A stretch of DNA of 64,000 bases from NCBI RefSeq assembly GCF_001194135.2, contig NC_068984.1:102081276-102145275 (forward strand), given 5' to 3'. Position numbers and translations under genes: made by a program. Positions 26,501 to 38,200 of this stretch are shown piece by piece (the first letter of the stretch is position 1; each line of letters opens with the position of its first letter). This DNA is from Octopus bimaculoides. Lineage: Eukaryota. Below the pieces are notes generated by a model. It had not been told where the DNA came from. It did no database searches and worked only from the letters and a program-made list of their open reading frames with translations.

Positions 26501-29500
26501 TAATTGATTAACCTTCTCCTGCTGAGCTTGCTGGCCTTGTGCAAAAATTTGAAACCAATATAAAAATATTTATGAATAGAAAAAAAATGGAAACTGATGT
26601 ATTTTGGCCACATGCATGACTGAGTAGTTATTTAGTTTGATTCACAGTCACATGCTTGTAGGTCAATACCATTGCATGCACTTTGTGCAGGTTACTTCCT
26701 CCATAGTTTTGGCTTGTCCAAACCTTATGAGTGAAATTGAGTATATGGAATCTAGTGCCCAGTTTGACACCACCATCTGCGCTTTCTGTACCTTTAGAAT
26801 TGTTCACTTGATGCAAGTATTCGAACCAATTCTCCCTTTACTCTACCAGAGAAAAATTAACACTGTTATTGGCTGCTTAACATATTCAATAAAATCTATT
26901 AATTATTCCTATGCTTTCTTTTCAGAACACAGATCTTGCTCTTCCTCTCTGGATCCATCAATATGTGGCTTGTGTATTAGTTGAAGCTTATCACAATTAT
27001 ATAACATCCAAACACTTAGGTTCAGTCTTTATGGAAGGTGTTAAGCAGGTAGAGTTCCCTATATTGGTTCTTTGAAAGTGTCCTCAATTTTTCATGAAAG
27101 CAAGTTTTTTTGTTTTGTAAAAAATATCATAAATATTTCTTTCAAAATAATGTAGCTATAATGTATAACAACTACTTATTTGAAATAATTACCATAATTT
27201 TATCATGTGTACCACAGGTGGCGTTAGTAGTGCGTCAGCAGCAAACCAATGAACAACAGTTCAGCAGCTGGGCTTGGGAACTTGTGTTTAAGCTTCATCT
27301 CCACAATGATACCTTGCCACGCCCTTCATCATTTGAGCCTTCGACTAATTTAGTGGACATGGATAATATTCCAGAACTGAGAAAAGATACATTTTTAGCT
27401 TCTGTCCAACAAGGATTAAAAGTTGATAACCCAATTGCAATGTACGTTGCCATGACCATGACAAAATATGGACACGAGTAAGTATTGGCTTTACAAGTTT
27501 GTTATATATGTAGAAGCAACTTGACATGTATTTAATATTATAGAACCTGAATTTGAAATTATAAGAACTGGTTAAAGTGTGTTGGTAGTTTGTACTCTTC
27601 TCCCCCACCTCCACTCTCCTCCCTTCTGTCATACAAGAAATGTTGTTCGTTTCCAGTCTTCTGTGATAGACATGTGGCCCTGGAAAAATATGACCTTACT
27701 TGAAAACAGGTGAGGGTTAGTGAGAGGAAGGGCATCCAGCTGTAGAAAATATGTCTCAATAAATTCTCTCTGACCCATGCAAGCATGGCAATGACAGGAG
27801 ATATGTTTTGGAGATATGCTGTGATTGAGAAGACCCAGCAACTAAAGTGAGATCACAGCCAGGCATGTCTTGCCCTATTAAGAATACCCCTGATGCGTCA
27901 GGTGATATGATATGCTTGATAAGACCTGTTGAGTCAAGTAAAACCAATATCATAGCTGTGGCCAGTGCCTTCTGACTCACTCCCATGCTGGTGGCACGTA
28001 AAAAGCACCAACCAAACATGGCTAATGCCAGTATCTCTGACGTGCTCTTGTGCTGGTAGCACGTAAAAAACACCATCTGAATGTGGCCAGTGCCAGAACC
28101 CCCTGACTAGCCCCTGTGCTAGTGGCATGTAAAAAGCACTATCCGAACGTGATTGATGCCAGGTCCGCCTGACTGGCTCCTGTGCCTGTGGCATGTAAAA
28201 AGCACCCACTACACAATAGGAGTGCTTGGCGTTAGGAAGGGCATCCAGCTGTAGAAGCATTGCCAGATCAGATTGGGGCCTGGTGTTGCCACTAGTTCTT
28301 CAGACCTCAGTCAAACCGTCCAACCCATGCCAGCATGGAAAACAGACGTTAAATGATGATGATGATGATGATGATGAATCATTCATCATTGGAAAGATTC
28401 TTTTTCTACGTTCTTAATTGAAAAATAGTATTTTACAAACTAAATCTGAAATACCTGTTAGAAATTATTTTTTTATATATTGTTGTTTATGAAAAATATT
28501 TTAATTGCTAAATCATTTTCTTTTCTTGCTTTCAGTGTTGCTGAGTTTATTACTCATGGAATCCCCTTACTCTCCAAACTGAACAGCTTATACTATACCA
28601 AAGCTGTTATACATATCATTGGACATTGCGTGCCTATGTTTTATAATCAGGGACAATATTTGATAGAAAATCAAGAGTGAGTTCATTGTACTTCATTTGC
28701 TTTTGCATATTTACTACACAACTGTTTTATTGGTCTTTGCAATTGTGAATGAGCCGTCAAAAGAGCCTCAGCATGTATGTTTGATATGTTTGACTTCCCA
28801 GAAATAGCAGTTAACTCTCTCTCTCTCTCTCTCAAATCATACCACAACTGTGTTATAATAATAAACACATTGAATACTATAATGTAGTCCTAGATGTATG
28901 TAAAGTTTGCACTGTCATGGTTAGAAAGCTTTTGATCATAGGTTGCTGACCTGTGATTAAACAACAACAGTAACAACTGTTTTCCTCAAAAGTGCTACCA
29001 ATCCAAACCAAACCAAACCTGTTGTGTAGTGCTGAAGATGACTGAGTTATATTGATAGCATTCTTTAAAAAATTCTCAAATTTCTTTGGATTGAAAATTC
29101 TCAAATTTCTGTGGATTGAAAATTCTCAAATTTCTGCTTCCATCTATCCAAAAATCACTTTTACTTACTTCCATAGTTATTTTAAGGAGACAATTTTCCC
29201 ATTAATAGCATCTTTAATCCTTTAGTATCCTTTAGTATTTAAGGAGACAATTTTCCCATTAATAATATCTTTAATCCTTTAGTATTTAAACTGGCCATAT
29301 CCAGCCCAAAATATTCTTTGTTCAAACTGACCAGATCTGGCTTCTCATGTCTACCCTACAAAGTTATTTTAAAATAGACAATTACATCATCAAATTCTTG
29401 TAGTCACAAGATAATGCATGGTCAATTAAAAACAATGTGAATAAATAAGCATTACATTTACAGAATAATTTGAAAACTAAGAAGCTCTTACTGTAGAAGT

Positions 29501-31692
29501 CATAAATATTTAGATACTGGTCTTTGGTGTGAATTTTTTCATGTTTTCAAAATCTCAATACATGAAAAAATTACATAATTTTTCTGCTTCTGTCTGCCAG
29601 TGCCCTGGATTGGTAAGTAACAATGCTTCTTTTAAGGTAAAAATAAATGCATTGATGAGTGACAAAATATTTCTCTCTGGTTGCCTTTATTTTGGTTTAG
29701 ACTACTGTGGTTCTTCATATTCAGTGGGAATTCATAAGGGAAATCTTTTTTTTCTCTTTCATTCATGTGGATTGAATATAATTGTCAGTTTCTTATTGAG
29801 ATTGCTTGTAATGTAATTATATAATATGAAGTAAATAAATGGACAATGAGTACTAGGTAAAGAAATGCAGTGAGCTATATGTGAAGAAGAAACATTGAAA
29901 ATGCAGGGGAGAAAATGATTAAGATAAAGGGTGAAAGATGCTGGGAATTCTGATATTTTATTTACTCTATACTTATAAGATTATTCTAATTAAAGTTGTC
30001 ATTATTATTACATATAATAGATATTTTGATATTTAAAAAAAAAACTTTGTATTCTTAACTGTAAAATTTAAAGTAAATCTTGTGTCAATTTAGTGTATAA
30101 CAACTTTGCTTATTATTTGCAGAGCTATCAAACTTTGGTTTGTTAATTTTCCTTTTTCATATTTACAAATAATAATTGGAATAAATAAAATATCGATCAC
30201 TTTTTGTCTGATTTAAGCAATACCATAAAATAATGGCATTTTGTCATTAAATACACTCTATAGTGTGTCATTGACTTTGAAGAGAACTTCTAAATTCTGT
30301 TTTGAATTGATTTTATTAGTAACAAGGAGTTAGTGTCTGCCCCTAACCCTTTCTAACATTGCTTGGGTTCAGAAATCATTTCCCCTTCAAATCTTTTAAT
30401 GATTGGAGCAAGATTTGTTTAATGTCTGAGCATATATATTTAAGATGAAATGCAATACTAAAGTATTAATGATGCTTTCAGTATTCAGTTCGCTTTGAAT
30501 TTCATAAGTTTACCTTGTTTGCAGAAGATAATAGTATATATAAATATACATTGCATGTTATGCTTAGAAGCGATCACTTTACCAGAAGTTTTTGACTTGT
30601 GGTTCAGTAGAACAAACCATTCCAAATCCATGTTAGAATACCTGTGTAAATGAAGTAAGGACAGGCTAGCTTGTAATGACTTAGAGTTGTAAAATGTATA
30701 GTAATACTGTATCTTTATATTTTTAAATGTTTTAATTGAAGAAAGTATTATGTAATAGGCAAATTCTTTTTCTCTCTTGCATAGTCCTCTGAAACATGTG
30801 TATTAAATGCATTTAAAATATTAGTATTTGGTTTCATTGGTTATTCCACATTACTCCATGTGGAGTATAGGCCAGTTTCCTGGTTTCTCTGGTGTATATT
30901 TTTCTCCCTGGACGGGACACTAGTCCGTTGCAGGTTTACCATTTTTACCAGCTGAATGGACTGGAGTAACGTAAAATGAAATGTTTTGCTCAAGAACACA
31001 ATGCACTACCTGGTCCAGGAATCAAAACCACAATCTCATGACCATGAACCCAACATCCTAACCACTAAGCCATGTGCCTCCAATGGTTTCCTTGATTCAA
31101 CTTCATTATATGTATGTATGTATATACATACATATAACTTAAATTCTGTGCTGCATCTTATTATTAGCTGAAAATTTAGGATTTCAAGGTTTAACAAGAT
31201 GTTTTACTAAAGGTTTACTGAAACCCCTTACACCTTACTTTCTTTTATTTGCAGGTTCTTGAAAACACTCCACAATGTCTTACTTGCTGACGAAACTCCT
31301 ATGCGAGTTGCAAAAAACCTTATTTCTTCTGATTTCCCTGGTGCCATGACCAAATTATTTAATTCCATGATTCTGGTAAAGTGACTACAGATTATTATAT
31401 TACTTAACAGATTCAGTATTTTTTGTAAATATCTGAATGTAGTTTTGTTATTTTACTTTTTCATTTGCCTCTATTTATTTATTAGACTCAAATACAAGCA
31501 ACAAATTGTCCTGCGGATGCTGTGACTGTCATTACATTATGGGCTCATTTGATGCTGAAAATTCCAAAATGGAGTTTGGACAGGTAATTTTTTTTTTTAT
31601 ACGTTTTTCAAATTTACAGGTAATTTATTTGACCTTTGTGGATATATATCCAGATATTAGGCTGTGTAATTACTGGTTAAATGCTCTAAATA

Positions 31693-31724
<32 letters not shown>

Positions 31725-32215
31725 GGACTCTCCTGTTGTAATTAACAGGTGAGGGTTCTGCAATTTCTTTCTGAAAAACCTGCACTGATGGTTTGTTTAT
31801 AGGGATCAAATGTTTGTGCTGAACATTCACTTACTTCCTCCATCAAACCAATTTTGTCTGTAGTGGTGCACAGTGTGCCACACATCTGATATTGAAGTGA
31901 TTGCATAGCAACATGAAATGAAGTGTCTTGTTCAAGAACACAACATACCACCCACCTGGGAATCAAAACCACAATCTTATGATTGTGTGTGCAACACCCT
32001 AATCACCAGGCCACATGCCTTCACCACACACACACACACGCACACATTTAGTGTTGACTGTTGGGAAAAAGAGAGTACTCAATACCATAGTAGAGATTAA
32101 TAATATATTTTACTATGGTTGAGTCATTCTTTATGACTTGCCTGAAGATCCTGTGAGTGCACAGGATCTTCAAGCAAAACTCAGAGTAGCAAAAGGGTGA
32201 CTTGACTAAAATATG

Positions 32216-32251
<36 letters not shown>

Positions 32252-35200
32252 ACATACACACACACACATACATACATACATACACACATACACATACATA
32301 CATATATACATGCACACATACACGCACACACATATATTAATGCAAAACTTGATATGTAAGTCTAGATTGGGTTAAAATGTGGTGTGTTTCTAATGTGGTA
32401 CTCAATATGAAATCCTAGTTTTCTGCACTTTAATTCTGGAACATAAGTATATTCCAAGCCTACTGTTGTAGGAACTGCAGGTACCTCTCATTGATAAAAG
32501 TAATGTGTAAGTATTTTGTAGAGTAACATATAAATTAAAGAAGAAGATGAAGCATGAATTATAGTACAACTTCAATATTCATTACCATTATGAAGGAAGT
32601 GAGGTGACAGAATTGTTAGCATGCTGGGAAAAATGTTTAGTGGCATTTCTTCCATCTTTACATCCTGTGTTCTGCTTTACGTTCTGAGGTTGACTTAGGT
32701 TTTCATCCTTTCAGGGTTGATAAAATAAGTACCAGTTAAGCTCTGTTGTTGATTTAATTGACTTACCCCACTCCCACGAAATTGTGGATCTTGTGCCAAA
32801 TTTTGAAAGCAATATTCATGACCATTGTTTCTGTTCTACTCCACCTCTAACCACATTGTATGTAAATGGTTCTGTGTGATGAATTATGCAATATTTATGG
32901 TTAAATATTCTTTACTGGCACTTCATCAGACTAGCATTCAGGTGTGCCTCTTTACATGACGTGCTACACTGGTGTTTTAACCATAAATATTGTGTAATTT
33001 ATCACACAGAACCATGTACATGCAATGTGGTTAGAAATGGAATTGTATAGAAACAGTTGTAATGAATATAACATTTGTGTTAAATTCATTCTTCGTCTTC
33101 TTCCTCATTTTATATAGTTGCTGTAAAATACTTGATTATTTTGTGGATTATCTTAGATTACACAGTTATTAATGAAGTCCAGGATTATTATTTATTAGTT
33201 ATGAACAATATTTTAAATCACTCAATATTAGGGTAGGTAAAGGCAGCAAGCTGGCAGAATCATTAGCATCCTGGACAAAATGCTTAGTGGCATTTCGTCC
33301 ATCTTTATGTTCTGAGTTCAAATTCTGTCGAGGTCGACTTTGCCCTTTATCCTTTTGAGGTTGATAAATAGAGTACCAGTTGAGCACTCCTCCAAAATTG
33401 CTGGCCCTGTACCAATTTTGAAACCATTATTAGGGAAAGTAATTTGTTAAAATTTTGTTATGTAGAAATATCACAGTAATATTAAATTATTGTATGCCTG
33501 TGTGTATGGTTGTTTGGAGGGATACCACAGTGTTGCTTGCTTAACTTTTGGAGTAAGGTGTGAATAAAATTCAATTTTATATGTTATACATTTCAAACAA
33601 ATGATAAAAAAATATGCTACAATGTCTTTCTGTTCTTTTGATAGAAACTGCTGTTATGTGCTGGACAACCTTGTGCGAAGTGCATTCCGTTATGTAGAAG
33701 CACTGAAGAAGATTGAAACCCTTCTATCAGAACAGTATCAAGTAAGACATATTGAGCTTTTTTTTAATAACCAGTTGATCTAGCATATCAGTGAAGGGGG
33801 GCCGGTGCGCATTGATGCCATCGAGAGGTAGGCCCTGAAACGGCGCGCATTCTCTCCTGATGACCCCATACACTTGCTGGCTTCTGGTATGCGGAGTTCT
33901 CGACTGGTAGCACTTGCATGTGCGAGTTGTTTGCAAGACATTCTTCAAAATTTGCTTTTGTTACATTTATTCAAACCTCAGAATCCCTTTCAAATAATTC
34001 ATGCTTGTATATGAAAACTGTTATAAAACTGATACTGAGATATTTTGATTTACACAATATAATGATAGCAGTTTCAGCTGAACAAATTTAAAAGATTTTG
34101 TGTTACTTGATGGAGGTTCATTGTAATCATGGCTTAAATATTCTTTGGCTTAGTTCACTTAACTAAAAATAAGTACCATGTGTAAGTTTGGTTTCCTACT
34201 TTAACCCTTTAGTGTTTAAGGTAACCATATCTGACCCAAATATTGTACCCATTTTATGTTTAAACTGGCCAGATCTGACCTCTCATAGCTATCCTACAAT
34301 ATCATTCTAAAAATATATAATCACATCACCAAAATGTCAAAGCTACAAGATAATTCATGATTAATTCAAAATGATGTGAATAGATAAGCATTACATTTGA
34401 TAGAGTAATCTGAATGCTAAAAGTTTAAGCTGTGGGAACACTGAATAATTAAATGAATGTTTAATTTTTAACTTCATATGCTGAATTCATATGTTATGGA
34501 CCAGGAGAAGTCTCCAAGAGCTCTTTCTACTGCAATCCCTCCAAGAGACAGTAAAACCTGCAGTAGTTCATCCTGAGTTCAGAGGCACCTCATTTCTTTT
34601 GTTACCATGTTTCTGTTTGAAAAATACTGTCTTTGTTTCAATTGATTTTTAGAATAATGAAAAATTTAGTAATTTAAATTTGTCATTATTAAACTGGTGT
34701 TTGAAACATAAATTTTTGGAAGATTTGACTTAAATCACTTTGACCCTTTAACATTCAAACTGGCTTTATCTGGCCCAAATATTCTGTTTGTTTTTCGTTC
34801 AAACTGGCCAGGTCCAGCCTCTCACACCTATCCTACATTGTCATTCTAAAAGTAAACACATTGAAATCTTGAAGCTACGACATGATTCATGAGTAATTAA
34901 AAAAAGATGTGAATAAATAAGCATGGCATTTGACAGATTAATCCGAATGCTAAAAGGTAAAAACAGGAAGTTTGTAGCATATAATCAAGGGTGGGTTGGG
35001 GCAGTTTGGTATTGAAAGGGTTAAATGATAAGGAAGAAGTTGAAAGTAATGTCAGTACCAAACTGTTTGTATTTAAAATTGTTATGTGTGTATTTTCAGT
35101 GTATGTTAGCAGAATACAGAAGTCAGGGTGTTGTAGAATCTTTTGTGAATTGGATTGCTGCTGGTCAGAATCTGCCATCATTCATGGAAAAACAATCATT

Positions 35201-38200
35201 ACCTGATGCTCCATGGCTAGCTTACCTTATTCTCAGCATTGAAGGAAAGTATGAAGAATGTACACTGTTATGGCCAACTATACAACAAGAGCTTTTATCA
35301 AATACCAAAATATCTGTGGAACAAGCCTGGAAGGTTAGTTTGCTGTTTTGTATAATTATTTTAACCTGAAATGCAATCACAGAAATGGGCAACGGTAAAA
35401 ATGGTAGTAATATACAAAGGAATACAACTGTTTTTCAAATGCATAAACAGATATTACAAAATGTTGAGACACGTAATGAAATGAATGAGAAATAGGAAAA
35501 GCAACCATTCTTAACAGATACCTAATCTATTATAACATGATGCTCAATCGCTACTTATTCATATATTAAATCACAATCATATTTATATTTTTTGGAATAA
35601 AAGATTCATGTTCAGATACCAGAGTAGTCTATATAGGTTATTAAACATTTACAGATTTAGACTAACATGTCGTTTGAAATATATATTTGAACATTTCTTG
35701 CTTTTTTTTTTTTTTTTTTGACTAATTTCAGAAATCTGCTGTCAAACTCAAGTTAAAGACAATCTCTGCTTTCCATCGTCTCAATATTTACCGTTGGGCT
35801 CAACAAGCAGTAGACACTCCTAATGATCATCCTATATTGCCTCTAATATGGCAACGCTTTTTTGTGCTCTACCTGGGAAGATCTATTACACCTGGAAGGT
35901 ATATCATTTAATTTATAGTTATCAATGATTACAAATTTATTTATTCCATACTTGCCTTTCATGAGATATAATTGCATATAACTTGTGCAAATGTGTGCAT
36001 GATTTATTTTTCACAATTTGTTAGTCTTTAGAAACTGTCCTTAGACAAAGGAGACTTGGTCAGTCTCATAGTCAGTCCTATAGTCTTTACGAATTGTCTT
36101 AGGATAGAGAAAACTTGGTCAGCAAATCAAACAACTGATCTATTTTACCAGGCATAATGAGAGTATTGACAATCCAAGAATGTACAGCTATAGAGGCTTT
36201 ATTGAAATCAATTCATATAACTCACATGTTCGATGGCCGTTTGTTATTTTTCATTTGAGCTTCCTATAAAGTGAGGGATGGTTGTTCATTACTTGAATTT
36301 TTTTTGTTCCATTGGTAGAGGCTAATCTTTCAAGAGAAGTTCAATGACCATTTACACATGTTATATCTCATTAAATGCCAACCATTTAAACCTTTCTCCC
36401 TATCTAATCAGATATTTGATTATCAATAGTGACATGGGTTTTTAGATGTGTAGCCATTTCTTCATGCATAAGATGAAGTATTTCAAACAGACCTCTTGTA
36501 TACAATCAGATCCAGGAACTTTACAGCTGAGCATGTCTTTTCCTTTCTTCTGTTATTGCTATTATGTGTAGGTGTAATTTATTTTCTGACATATAGTGAT
36601 TGCTTTATTGTTGTAGTGCACAACTCTTTCTCATAGCTTGCAGCAGCATTTATATAAATTATTTCTGTTTTAGTTTACAGTGTCTCAAAAAAAAAAAAAA
36701 AAAAAGCTTCTAGTTTCAAAAGAACCCATTTTCCTTGAGCTTATATTTCTGCTCTTAGTTTTCTTTATAGAAATTACATAGCAGGCTCCACTTCTCAGAA
36801 ATTTACAATGTAATCTTATTAATGTCTCCTGTAATATTTATGTCATCTTGTTTTCCCTTCCACTATAGTTCATTTCATTTGTTCTTCCCCTCTTCTTGTT
36901 TGCCATTAATGTCTCCTCTAATGTCAAATTTCTACATATGTCACCTGCAATGTAATACATTGGGAAATGTTTCATCATCCTACCCGTTGTCATAATTTTC
37001 TTTTTGATTTCATTGTTATTTGTCTGTTGTATATTGTATGATCCCTATGAGTTTACACTTTTTGAAAGCTCCTTTATTCTTCTGATCATTCTTTTTACCT
37101 TTTTTCTCTCTTTCCAATGTTGCTGTTATATGAAGTTAACACTTTTGTCAATATTTACAAATTTTTTACTTGCTCTGTCAGTATACAGAGTTTTATTTTC
37201 ACATTATAAATTGTATTGTGAACTAGTATTTAGTAACTATAACTGTTTTCTTGTTCTGTTGCTTAATTATATTCCGGCTTTTACTTATCTTAGATTAATA
37301 ACTAACCAGCTGTTCTCTTAAAAATCTATATCATGCATTCTGACAGATAAAGTAAATATAATCTATAATCTTCATTAATATTATTTCTGAATTAGTCAGA
37401 GATGTCATCTTGTTTTCTCTTCCACTATAGTTCATTCCATTTGTTCTTCCCTTCTTGTTTGCCATCAACTTCTCTAAAGTCAAATCCCTACATATTTCAT
37501 CACAGATTTTTGTTACAGCTGATAATTTGGAATTTCATTTTTCTATAGATCTGCAACAATATTTGTATTATATTTCACAGCTTACCAGAACGAGCAAGCA
37601 ATGGAAACCGGTTCTTTGAAAGCCTCAGTTACCGAAACCTGCTGAAAAAAATGAAAAAGAAACTTGTGGATGTAGTTCAGCACCATATTGCTGTGTTACA
37701 GAGTGCCAAAGGTTCTGAAGGAGAAAACACAGGTGAGTGATGACAACTTAACAAAACTTCTCCATTACTTCTGGAACTCAGCAGTTCTTTCATTTTAATG
37801 TTCCGTTTTTTGCATATTCTGCTTTTGACTTTACAACCCTGAAGCCACCCTGACCTTTCTTAAACCAACTATCCTTTCAAAAGAAACAACATTCCACACA
37901 ATCTTTTATCAAGAACTTGGCAGTAGCTAAACTGGAACTTTCAAATAGTCCAACCCAGTTACAATATCTGTTCCTTAATCTCCCCTAACACAATAATAAC
38001 TGGTGCAGAAACTCTAGTTCTAACAACTTCAGCTACACTCAATCAACCCCATTTAGTGCATCTAGTGTAAGCTCTGCAATAGAAAAAAATAGGGTGCTGT
38101 TTAGATGATCATTTCCATGAACATCCACAACACTATATTATATATACATGTATATGGTGTGTGTATATCTGGTTGTGTACATATATACTTTATGTCAGAT

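Noticed and set aside
33830-33900. C/D snoRNA or hammerhead around CTGA / CTGATGA
   Set aside because: No terminal D box or 5' C box in proper positions, and GAAA is not placed after a stem II.
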